Source: Meyerozyma guilliermondii
Taxonomy: Eukaryota
Direction: 5' to 3'
Assembly (NCBI GenBank): GCA_051546255.1
Contig: CP128820.1
Coordinates: 496,001 to 560,000 of the forward strand
Length of the DNA: 64,000 bases
In this document: piece after piece, positions 1-9,822 of the stretch
How the letters are laid out: each line of letters begins with the position of its first letter
Numbering within the stretch: the stretch's first letter is position 1
Translations under genes and position numbers: made by a program
The notes under the pieces: generated by a model
Databases searched by the model: none
The model's input: only the letters and a program-made list of their open reading frames with translations
Told to the model about the DNA's origin: nothing

Positions 1-45
1 AGCTAGAAACCGACGAGGTCGAGTTGCGTAAATTGTAATATAGGG

Positions 46-1794
46 CTATATGAGTATAAGCGTCATAATCACAACCCCTATGATTGTCATTATTATTTGG
101 ATTTCTGTCTTCATGCTCCGAATCGTAACAAAAGTGTACTTCGAACTGCCACCACTCTTCATTTTCGCCGTCAGTTCGTCAGCAGCACTGGCTATAGCAC
201 TGCTTCCTGTGAGTGGGGTCAAGAAGATTTGTCCCGACAGAATGACAGCGCCTGTAAATCGCTCGGGAATATCCTGGGCGCCGGTGTTGGCAGCACTATA
301 AGTTAACGAGGTAGATGACTGGTTTTGGTGAGTAGCAAATGGAATTTTTCCACTTGAAATGCGGGAAATAGTCGATGCGGTGATGTTAGCCATGGTCTTG
401 GTGGGAAAGTCGCTGACAGACTTGGATGTGGAGTAGTCGTCTTGCACGACATCGAGGCTATTAGCTTTGGCAATGGCTATACGGCCTCCGTCGTTATCGA
501 GGGCCATATAAACATGGCGTAAAAATGTGATTCCAAGACTGGAATAGCCATGCTCTGAACTGGGCAACACCATCAAGTAGCAAGCTCGTTTCCCATTGGA
601 AAAAGTCAAAAATGTATCTTGATAAGTTGCATTTGAAATCATTTCTTCCATAGGAATGTCTATTTCCAAATCGCCAAACGAGAACAACAACAGAGCGTTG
701 GCTTCGTAGATCTTATCACATTCAACGATCCACTCGGCCACGTCATTGTTGTAGATGGCATCGAGCTGAATTGCCAAGTTAATAATAGAGTCCAAAGGAA
801 GATAATTGTACAAAGTTCGAGACTCCATTAGCACCGGAACACTATCCAGCGCCGAGAAAAGCGAGATTTCCTCCTTGCTGTTCTCATTTCTTACTCTCAA
901 ATCCGAGAGGAGAATCGTGGGGAGTTTGAGGCCCTGCAAAAGCTGGTCTGTATAGTCGTTGCTCTTACCTCCAGCATAGGGTATTATATCGAACGAGTAA
1001 AAGTCCCCTTCATAATAGTGTTGGTCCACAGCACCTAAAAGGAGCTCACAGAGTCCACCAGGTTCCTGCACTCCATTAAACCAAAGCGAGTAAGCCGAGG
1101 ATTTGATAATGCCTTGTTGAACGAGCGAGTCGAGAAATCCAGAACCTGTGGGATTCCCGGCCAACCCCAACCCCCCTACCCACATATTTGTGGAATCTAC
1201 GTTGACGAAGGAGAAGTCAGGAAGAGTCAACTTCTGGTTGCTTCCTAAAACAAATGAAATGTTTTCGGTTTCGAATTCTCCTTCAGCGTCGATGATGCTC
1301 AAGTTTGGAATGGTGTAAGTTTGGCCATTGGACAACCCGGGGATGGTTGGCGTGGGAATATCCAGCGACGGGGTGGTGTAGACTCCTCCTTGTGCGCACG
1401 CTGTGGCTGTATATAAAGGGTTTTCAGTGGCCAGGTCAGGAATGTTGGAGCCGTAAGATTCGAATTCTACCTGATAATACGAAAATACTTGGTCACAAGA
1501 ATAAAAATTCTCGTTCATCACCCATATTTCCGGCTGGGTCAAGTCTAATCGAAGTTGTAAGTTGTCGTCGCCAACGGTTACGTTGGTATTATAATAAACG
1601 TCATTGTATGGAATGGTAAAAATGAGTTTTGCAATGGATTTGTCTTCGTCAGTTTCTCTCAGAAACGACTGCAAGTCCACAGAAGGGAGGGTGGACACTG
1701 TAGTGGACGTGGAGGTTGTCAGGGACGAAATATCAGAGTCTTTTCTTGCTGCTATCGACACAACAAATGCCAAAAACGGAAGAATCCGGCGCAT
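46..1794 (-). CDS. YPS7: Yapsin-family (A1 pepsin-like) aspartic protease homolog, Yps7-like
   Basis: Signal peptide, YYNTNVTVG, GGLGLAG, AYSLW, LLLGAVD, SLGITFLRHVYMALD and a hydrophobic C-terminal tail; both catalytic motifs are degenerate (DLTQ, ESRT). Confidence 0.85.
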   Translation of the reverse strand: MRRILPFLAFVVSIAARKDSDISSLTTSTSTTVSTLPSVDLQSFLRETDEDKSIAKLIFTIPYNDVYYNTNVTVGDDNLQLRLDLTQPEIWVMNENFYSCDQVFSYYQVEFESYGSNIPDLATENPLYTATACAQGGVYTTPSLDIPTPTIPGLSNGQTYTIPNLSIIDAEGEFETENISFVLGSNQKLTLPDFSFVNVDSTNMWVGGLGLAGNPTGSGFLDSLVQQGIIKSSAYSLWFNGVQEPGGLCELLLGAVDQHYYEGDFYSFDIIPYAGGKSNDYTDQLLQGLKLPTILLSDLRVRNENSKEEISLFSALDSVPVLMESRTLYNYLPLDSIINLAIQLDAIYNNDVAEWIVECDKIYEANALLLFSFGDLEIDIPMEEMISNATYQDTFLTFSNGKRACYLMVLPSSEHGYSSLGITFLRHVYMALDNDGGRIAIAKANSLDVVQDDYSTSKSVSDFPTKTMANITASTISRISSGKIPFATHQNQSSTSLTYSAANTGAQDIPERFTGAVILSGQIFLTPLTGSSAIASAADELTAKMKSGGSSKYTFVTIRSMKTEIQIIMTIIGVVIMTLILI

Positions 1795-2229
1795 CTTGGA
1801 GCTGTTAAAAAGTAGAGAAACACACTCTTCTATACTGTAGCACCACCAGGGCAGCGCAAATCACAGACTATAACAGCAGAAAAAAGCCTTTCTTGTTAGC
1901 GAGGCTTTCAAAAAACTTTAAATGCGCCGCGTAAAGTTTTCAAGCCAATGATAAATTTAGCAGTCTTGGGTGCAGGAACACAAAAACCCGACCAAAAAAA
2001 GACCAACAATGACTTTTAAGCGAGGATGCATTGTTCTAGTTGCCGTTTTGGTGGGGGAGGGGTGGCCTCATTTTTGATAAGCACTGATGCTCAAAGGTAC
2101 TGTTTGGCGCTATCTCCGTGTCGCATGGATCGGAGTGGCTGCGGAAATCGGCCCGCTGCCGCCGCGTGCGGCCCTCGCTAAACTGAGCCGCTCGGGAATT
2201 CAACTGCAGTGACTTTGCGACTTATTGCA

Positions 2230-2286
2230 ACTATCATGATAATTCAATACTATCGTGATAATTCAATACTATCATGATAATTCAAT
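2230..2286. repeat. 19-bp tandem repeat x3 (ACTATCRTGATAATTCAAT)
   Basis: Units at 2230-2248, 2249-2267 and 2268-2286, with one mismatch. Confidence 0.95.
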
Positions 2287-3634
2287 GTAACTATATGGTT
2301 TTGAATTTTATTCTCTCTTCATAATTTTTCTTGTACCTTATTATTTACTATTTTTAACTGATTATTATTTGCTGATTATTTTGATAACTTGCTTTGACAA
2401 CTTGTACCTCGCAACTTTGCTAAGATATTCTGATTTTTTTTTAGTTTTTGAGCTTTATCAATTCTTGGTTTCTAACTTTTTGCTTACACTCTACTAATAA
2501 CTGTTTACGTATACTTCTCGTTGTAACTTTTACGTATACGATCAACTTGTAAGCAGAAGGTGATAAGAAACACTATTGATGGGGACTTTCCATGATCGTT
2601 ATATGAACCACTACAATGGAATTGGTTTCAGAGAACCTGTAATCACTGGAAGCGGATTTCTACAAGAAACGATTGATATTACCTCATAACTCTGGCCATG
2701 TGAACCGTCTTTTAGCATCTAAATCATAAGGGTGGGACCTAGAGTTCACGTTTTGTTTCGAAGTCAGTATCACAACGGTGTACACTTTATCGAAATAAAG
2801 TGAAAAAATGGATGGATTCAGGGTCTCTTGGTAATGTTTTGTATTGGTCGTTACCATATGCCCATTGTCAATTGGGTTCAGATCGAAGAAATAGACCTCA
2901 ATTGAAAACCCGTACCAACAAAAAGAGAATCCTGCTACAGACTCTTGGGAGAGTTGGGAGTTCTCTTGCAGCTATAGCAGTGATTCTAAGCACTTTTCAG
3001 AGTCGATCAGGAAGTACAAAGAGCCTGGTCTTTGAATTCAAATTGAAAAGTTTTACACCTTTTTGCGAAAAGTTTAATCAGGTTTTCGAATGGTCCAATT
3101 AGTGATAGCTCGTCCACAACATAAGTGAAATCCCACTAACAGTCATAGTAAGAAATCGATTCTTCCTATTTAATGGAGTGAGCGAATATGACATCGGTAG
3201 AGTAGGGAAGGTGTCTAACTCAAGCGGAATTCACCTTCCATTTTTTTTCCCAACCTTTTAGCAACTCGACCTAACGAAAGGATCTATCGTAATTGGTGCA
3301 ACTACGATTGAGCTGACATCTTAGTTACTGCTGTATTAATATCGTACTGGAATGTCACATATATGCATCGGTCGTCGCTACCGATAATGAGCTGATTTAG
3401 ACAGACGGGTGGCTTTGAACGAGAAAAATTTTAATCTCCTGGCAGGTCTGACAGATTTGTTCCTGTCTATAGCACGGAAAAATTAGTGCGAGACAGCCAA
3501 CTTCAACTGTTTTAAATCAAATATAATGGCTTCCTTCTATAATAGTCAGCTGCTTACCATCCCAAAAAATGTAGGCACAGCCCGAGTACTCGGAGAATTG
3601 AAAATGATAGAAATGCGAGATTTCCCAACAACCA

Positions 3635-4189
3635 CCCCGCATAACAAGTGCATAAAAGTGGGGTGAAATTGGAGTATGCAGCCAGCTCCGATTGGTGATT
3701 CAAACAATACGTCAAATTGAAAACTGCATATAATTATCGTTGATATTTGCGAGCCTTCAATCCTGCAGCTGTGGTAGAAACTCGCTTGAAGCGTAAATGA
3801 CGTACGAGCTAGAGCAGCAAGATGAAAGCGTAAATGACGTATGAGCTATAAGAGCTAGAGCAGCAAGATCTTCTACAAAAAATATTAGAATACCCGCGTC
3901 AATCTGATAAAGTCAATCCCGAGATGAAGCGGTAACACTTACCTATTAATTTTTCGTACATGGTTATGAACCTTATTCTCCACGGAACAACCTCCGGAAT
4001 TTGCCTGCGGGGTCGTATCTTGACAGTTTGAGAAAGAAACGGGCGAGCATTGTGCCGCTTTGAGTACATTTTTTTTTTTGATTTCTTGGCTTCGGTCTAA
4101 TATCCAAGAGTAACCGGTTTGGCTTGCCTGAACAATAGAAACGGCATTCGTGAGATTAATAGAAAGTTTTCAGCACGGAGTCTATAAAA
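3635..4189 (+). promoter_or_regulatory. MEL1 promoter: Mig1-type SYGGRG boxes and TATA
   Basis: CCCCGC 3635-3640, GTGGGG 3658-3663, GCGGGG 4007-4012; TATAAAA 4183-4189. Confidence 0.55.
3789..3869. repeat. Imperfect ~35-bp direct duplication containing TGACGTA
   Basis: AAGCGTAAATGACGTAYGAGCTA...GAGCAGCAAGAT at 3789-3823 and 3826-3869; the second copy has a 9-bp insertion. Confidence 0.9.
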
Positions 4190-4235
4190 GGAGGATAAGT
4201 CATGGTTTCAATCAGCTCGAGCTTCCATTAACACT

Positions 4236-5531
4236 ATGCTTTGGTTGGCTCTTTTAGCTTTGAATGTTTGCTTGTGTTCTGCCTTTGACAATGGCTTGGG
4301 AAAGAAGCCCCAAATGGGGTGGAATTCCTGGAACAAGTTTGGTTGCGACATCAACGAAACTGTGATTCTTTCGACAGCACAGAAAATGAAAGAACTCGGT
4401 CTATTGGAGTATGGGTATGAGTACATCGTCATGGACGATTGTTACGCTTTGAAGCAACGTGACCCCGTCACTCACAAAATTGTCGAGGATCCAGACAAAT
4501 TCCCTAACGGTATCTTGGACCTCTCCAACAAGATCCATGATCTTGGATTCAAGTTTGGAATGTACTCTTCTGCCGGAAAGTACACTTGTGCTGGTTACCC
4601 TGGGTCCTTACACTATGAGGAAATTGATGCAGACACCTTTGCCAATGATTGGGAAATTGACTACTTGAAGTATGACAACTGCTTCAATGAAGGTAATAGT
4701 GGCACTGCAAAGATCAGTTACGAGAGATACAACAACATGTCCCAAGCTCTTTTGAATACTGGACGCCCAATCTTTTACTCCTTGTGCCAATGGGGTGAAG
4801 ATCATGTTTGGGACTGGGGTTCTACCCTTGCGAATTCGTGGCGTATCAGCGGCGATATATATGACAACTTCGATCGTTATGACGACAGATGTCCCTGTGA
4901 AACGTACGAATGCCCAGGTCTTCAAGGTTATTCTTGCTCGATCAATAACATTTTGGAAAAGGCTGTTCCATTAGGTCAGAAAGCAAGCGAATTTCTGGGA
5001 TGGAACGACTTGGACAGCTTGGAAGTCGGAAATGGTGGAATGACAACCAGCGAATATAAAGCCCACTTCACCTTGTGGGCCATTCTCAAGAGTCCTTTGG
5101 TCTTGGGTAATGACGTTACCGGAATGAGCGACGAAGACTTCGCTATAGTTACTAACAAAGCCATCATCGCCATCAACCAAGATGGATCTCGTCCAGCAAA
5201 CCGTATGTGGAAAAGGAAAACCGAGGGTGGTTACCTTCACTTGTTTACAAACCTGTTGAACAATGGTACCACCGTGGTGACTTTATACAACAGTGGAGAC
5301 GCCGTTAAAGATACTACTGTGGAATTTAGTGACATCTTCTTCGGAGACAAGAAGAGTGCTGCCAAGAGCTATACATTTAGCGAATTGTGGACCAATGACA
5401 CATTTACTGCTGAGAAAAAATTCAAAACTGATATCGGCGAACACTCAGTCAAGATTTGGTGGTTAGACTGCCCAGAGGAGTACTGTGGGACCAGTGAAGA
5501 TAACTCGAAGCGCTTTGATTTTGAGTACTAA
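4236..5531 (+). CDS. MEL1: Secreted alpha-galactosidase (melibiase), GH27
   Basis: Signal peptide, PQMGWNSWN, MDDC, YLKYDNC (nucleophile), SWRISGDI (acid/base), GWNDLDSLEVGNGG. Confidence 0.95.
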   Translation: MLWLALLALNVCLCSAFDNGLGKKPQMGWNSWNKFGCDINETVILSTAQKMKELGLLEYGYEYIVMDDCYALKQRDPVTHKIVEDPDKFPNGILDLSNKIHDLGFKFGMYSSAGKYTCAGYPGSLHYEEIDADTFANDWEIDYLKYDNCFNEGNSGTAKISYERYNNMSQALLNTGRPIFYSLCQWGEDHVWDWGSTLANSWRISGDIYDNFDRYDDRCPCETYECPGLQGYSCSINNILEKAVPLGQKASEFLGWNDLDSLEVGNGGMTTSEYKAHFTLWAILKSPLVLGNDVTGMSDEDFAIVTNKAIIAINQDGSRPANRMWKRKTEGGYLHLFTNLLNNGTTVVTLYNSGDAVKDTTVEFSDIFFGDKKSAAKSYTFSELWTNDTFTAEKKFKTDIGEHSVKIWWLDCPEEYCGTSEDNSKRFDFEY

Positions 5532-6037
5532 AATGATACTTTAATCATAAGTACTTCAAACACAAGGGTATTATCAAAATAGAGATAGCAGCATAGTTAT
5601 ACGGCAAATGTACTTCTGCCCTATTCTTAAGTGTTGTCGAAATATACATCCCCAAAAGCCTATTGTCGCAATGCCCTTGGTATTAGTTCGGGAACCTTAC
5701 CTATAATTCCATCATGTATCACTCTTGAAAGTAACATGACGTATGAGCTTGCGGCGTTGTTCACGCTGATAACTCAACTTGATTGTATATCAGTACCTCT
5801 ACTACATCTCGATTTAATAACGTTTTCTTCGATAAATATTCACTTCCATAGCATACCACTCTATTGAAATTACTTATCGCTAATAATTTTTTACTTGCAT
5901 CTATTAATTTATTTGTATTAACTTCCTTACCTTCATAATATTTCACTCTTTCAAATCTTCTCCTATTATCTGTAGTCATATCCAAACGTTATTATTATGG
6001 TTCATTGTCGAATGCCCAACGGCTATTAGTATTTACA

Positions 6038-7807
6038 TCAATTCTTGACTTCAACGGACGATCTGCTGATCTTTTCTTCATTGGCGCCATCCACTGGAGT
6101 CACCGAAGAATCATTATCGGTTTCCAAGCGTTCTTCCTTGGATTCTTCCTTCAGTTCTTCTTTGGGTTCCGAGCTGGCAGCAGCGGCTCCCACACTTTGC
6201 TTGGGTAATCTATGGTTGGTAGCAAACAAAGATGAAATGAAACCCAACCCGGCAAAACCAAGAGCCATGTAAAATACTCTTTTGATGGCCCACATGACTT
6301 GGTCCTTCACAAATTTTTGAGCTTCAGGCGAAAGGGTCTTGATGAGTTCTGTGGAGTTGACAAGAGTGTCAATTGGTACCAGAGACAATTGACGTTGAAT
6401 GTCTTGTGAAGCTATTTTCAAATGACTCAGAAGCGCATCTTTGAGTGCCGAAGAGTATACGGCAGTAGACAAAGCAGAAGCAAGGGCTCCTCCAGTAGCA
6501 CGAGCAACATTGATATAAGTTGTAGCATAAATCATTCCTCCTGGGGTCTTTGGTGCCGCAACTTGCAGGGCAATCATCGAAGCTTGCATTTGCATACCGG
6601 TAGAAACACCGGGAACAATCAAAAGTCCAATTTTACTCGAGCTGCTAGAGTCGACTTCCAAAAGAGAAACCAATCCGTAGCCCAAAGGACCAAGAGCACC
6701 GGCAATAACGGTAAATGGCTTCACAAATCTCGATTTGGCAATGATGATTCCCAGCATAATGGAGCTGATAACCACGGCAATGATAAAGGGCAACAAATCC
6801 ACACCCGAATGCCATGCGTTGGCGCCGTGGATCACTTGGAAGTAGATGGAAACGTAAATAATACCACTCATAAACGAACCAAATGCACAGAAAAGTGTAA
6901 GAGACGCTGCACTAACCTGAATGATTCTCACTACTTCCCATGGAAGAAGAGGGTTCTTGGAGAATCCAAAGTTATAGACGCACCAACCGATAAGAACGAG
7001 TGTACCCAAAATGAAGCAAACGATGACGGCTGCCGAGTCCCAGGCAAAATCATTGCCAGAACCGAAAGTGATGGCGAGGAGAAAAACCACCAAACCTGAA
7101 GTGAAGAGAAATGTACCCAAGTAGTCAATCATCTTGAGTTTTTCCCTGATGTTTCCTTTGGTTTTTGGTGGTTTAAACGAAAAAAAGAGCACAAATGCAG
7201 CAACAGCACCAATGGGCAAGTTGATGTAGAAACACCATCTCCATGTAACATTGTCAGTGAAAGCACCACCGATAAGTGGACCCAAGACACTAGCCACAGC
7301 AAAAGTGCACCCCATGACCGCCATAGAAAGAGGTCTTTTTTCAATGGGAACAACTTCAGAAATAATGATAAAAGCAAGCGATTGAATACCGCCTCCTCCC
7401 ACACCTGCCAACACTCTACCTCCAATCAAGGTATTCATATTGTTAGAAAGAGCACACATCAACGAACCAGCCTCAAAGATCACAATCGCAGCATACATTG
7501 TAATTTTCCGTCCGAAAACCATTGCCACTTTTCCCCAAGAAGGAACCAACACGGCGGTCGATAACAAGAATCCTGACGATAACCATCCAATACGATCAAA
7601 ACCGTCGAATTTGTTACCCACTGTGGTCAAAAGGGTGGCGACAATGGTCTGATCCAAGGCATACAAGAACAAGCACAAGAAAACAGAAAAAATACACATC
7701 ATAAGTTGGGTTCCATGAAGATGATGGTCTTCTCTATGTGTTCCATCGCCGGCATCTGCCTCCACAAATACCTTTTTCTCTTTTTTTTCCAAGTCTTCCG
7801 AAGACAT
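6038..7807 (-). CDS. 14-TMS MFS drug:H+ antiporter, DHA2 family (Sge1/Azr1/Vba-like)
   Basis: LDQTIV, GRVLAGVGGGG, LGPLIGGAFT, WRWCFYINLPIG motifs. Confidence 0.92.
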   Translation of the reverse strand: MSSEDLEKKEKKVFVEADAGDGTHREDHHLHGTQLMMCIFSVFLCLFLYALDQTIVATLLTTVGNKFDGFDRIGWLSSGFLLSTAVLVPSWGKVAMVFGRKITMYAAIVIFEAGSLMCALSNNMNTLIGGRVLAGVGGGGIQSLAFIIISEVVPIEKRPLSMAVMGCTFAVASVLGPLIGGAFTDNVTWRWCFYINLPIGAVAAFVLFFSFKPPKTKGNIREKLKMIDYLGTFLFTSGLVVFLLAITFGSGNDFAWDSAAVIVCFILGTLVLIGWCVYNFGFSKNPLLPWEVVRIIQVSAASLTLFCAFGSFMSGIIYVSIYFQVIHGANAWHSGVDLLPFIIAVVISSIMLGIIIAKSRFVKPFTVIAGALGPLGYGLVSLLEVDSSSSSKIGLLIVPGVSTGMQMQASMIALQVAAPKTPGGMIYATTYINVARATGGALASALSTAVYSSALKDALLSHLKIASQDIQRQLSLVPIDTLVNSTELIKTLSPEAQKFVKDQVMWAIKRVFYMALGFAGLGFISSLFATNHRLPKQSVGAAAASSEPKEELKEESKEERLETDNDSSVTPVDGANEEKISRSSVEVKN

Positions 7808-8808
7808 TTTGAAAGTTTAGTTGTTGTGAAGCATCTGTTCGGAATTTTAGTTTATTTAAATAGGCGCAGAACATCTTCGGAGCACCGATATTATCTCCGA
7901 CGCGGTGCCGTTATCACCGACGAGGCGAATGCGTGAAGCGCACCTTCCAGGCACTTTTCAGGTACCAGAAAGCACTCAATCCCACAAAAAAAAAAGAATG
8001 CACCACAATTAGCTACTAGAAGGCACACACTGAAAACAGGACCAAAATATAAACTCCAAGGCCACCAAAATTCAATATAGGCGTCGGAGTGGCGCTACCT
8101 AATTTCCGCCGACGCGCGGCTGCAACGGAATTAGATTTTGACGTGCAGAAGATTCCACACGCCCGATTTTCTTTGCAAAACAACGAACGATCAACAAAAA
8201 AAGACGAAACTCAGCATATCCTCTGAGGTCAATTGGACGAAGCCCATGTAGCTTGCTTGGCTCAAAATCGTAAACCTGTCCTAATTTGCTCATACTACAC
8301 ATGTTCGGTCCATTACGGAGATCATGCAGGATTTTATGTTGCATGCACGATCTCTGTGTTGCATACACGGCCCGCAGTGCCGCATGCATTGACTTTGGGA
8401 CAATTACAAATAGCCCAATCGGGTATCCGACAAATTCACGGTACCTCGCAAGCTGGTCATTTGTTTCTAAAGATAGATGGAACGAAAAGATTAATGATGA
8501 ATCGAAGTTTGGGCATATTTTGCAGAAACGTTGAAACTGACTGCGAATTGGTCAAGCTTAAAAATGTAGATTCGAATCATTTTGATATGATTTTATTTGA
8601 TCTGATTTCGATGTGTAAGACTCTTTCGGATGTGTAAAGGGAGTTCCATAAAAATTGAATGAGTTAAGTGAACCGTGATTTGAATTAGTTAATTCAAGCA
8701 TGAATGTCTCTTCTGAGTTGGTGAGGTTAGCTCTCCTGGAAACAAGAATCTAATTTTCTTTTCTTCTCTAAGCAGAAATCGCCTGGTTGCTGAGAGTTTT
8801 ATAAAAAA

Positions 8809-8990
8809 GTTATTCAACAAGGTGAATGAAAAATGGTAAGCAATAGAAGCTATAGGTGATGTCTTCTCATTCTCGAAGCCAGATTAGTGCTTGATATAAA
8901 CCTAGGATGGTGACTTCTCTTTTCATGTGGTCTCTAAGTAATTATGAAGTTATTGGTTCATAATACTTTTCATTCACCTTGACCAATAAC
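8809..8990. repeat. Inverted repeat pair (21/24 bp, 15-bp perfect core) bounding ~180 bp; possible MITE relic
   Basis: CAAGGTGAATGAAAA 8818-8832 pairs with TTTTCATTCACCTTG 8967-8981; outer GTTATT/AATAAC also pair. Confidence 0.7.
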
Positions 8991-9822
8991 ACTCATTAAA
9001 CATTTGTTTTAGGTTCTGTAGCACCAAGTGGTATTATTCAAACTGGTTTAATTGGCTTAGCATAAAAGCAAATGAAGACCACAAGCGAGTAAAAAGGTAT
9101 AAACCCGTAGCTGCAAAAAATCATTTCAAGTATGCACGAGACATCTACACCCAAGTGTATCATCAGAAGATGCAGGTTGTCTGCTTACAAAGGCTGTTGA
9201 TGAAGACACCAAATTCATGAAGATCCGAACCTCGAACTTGATACCTTGAATAATATCAAAAAAAGTGTTGAAAATATCAAAAAGTCGAAACTCAAACTGA
9301 TAGGTGGACGCAATACCTCACAAGCTACATCCTTGAAGCAGTTAACTAGGTTTGTTCATCACAACACGGACTAGGCAATACCATTTTTACGAATTGAATC
9401 GTAAGATATCTCCGTTTTTAAATGAACGGCTGCAATTTTCGCAGGTACATTCTCGGCCGAGGTGCGGGACCTCGGCCGAGATTCGGCAATGGTTCTTCAA
9501 CAAAATCAAGCGGAACGAAGTATCACATCTGAAAGCAATTGACCAATATCTTTGAAAGCTTGGCAGGAATGTGATTTTCAGGTAGATTTCCTGCAGGGGG
9601 AAGTGCAGTATTAATGCAGCATTAATGCGGAGAAACATCAAAACATGCATGTTTGTGCAGCAAATGTGTCAACTTTGCATATCTCAAACATCGGTTGCAA
9701 ATATCACCATTTCCAGTTTCCACGTACAGCCACCAACCCACAAATCGTGTTGCCACGTTTAGGGGTATTCCTGCATGAACCCAACCATAAGCCTCTGAGA
9801 CACCTAGGAAATCTTTTTGTCA

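Noticed and set aside
2230..2286. Short repeats as a CRISPR array
   Set aside because: Units are contiguous with no spacers, and the DNA is eukaryotic.
2800..3102. 100-aa ORF in the YPS7-MEL1 intergene
   Set aside because: GTG start, no motif and no gene-like features.
4040..4057. Possible Gal4 site upstream of MEL1
   Set aside because: Spacing is CGG-N12-CCG, and nearby pairs are N8 and N9, not the required N11.
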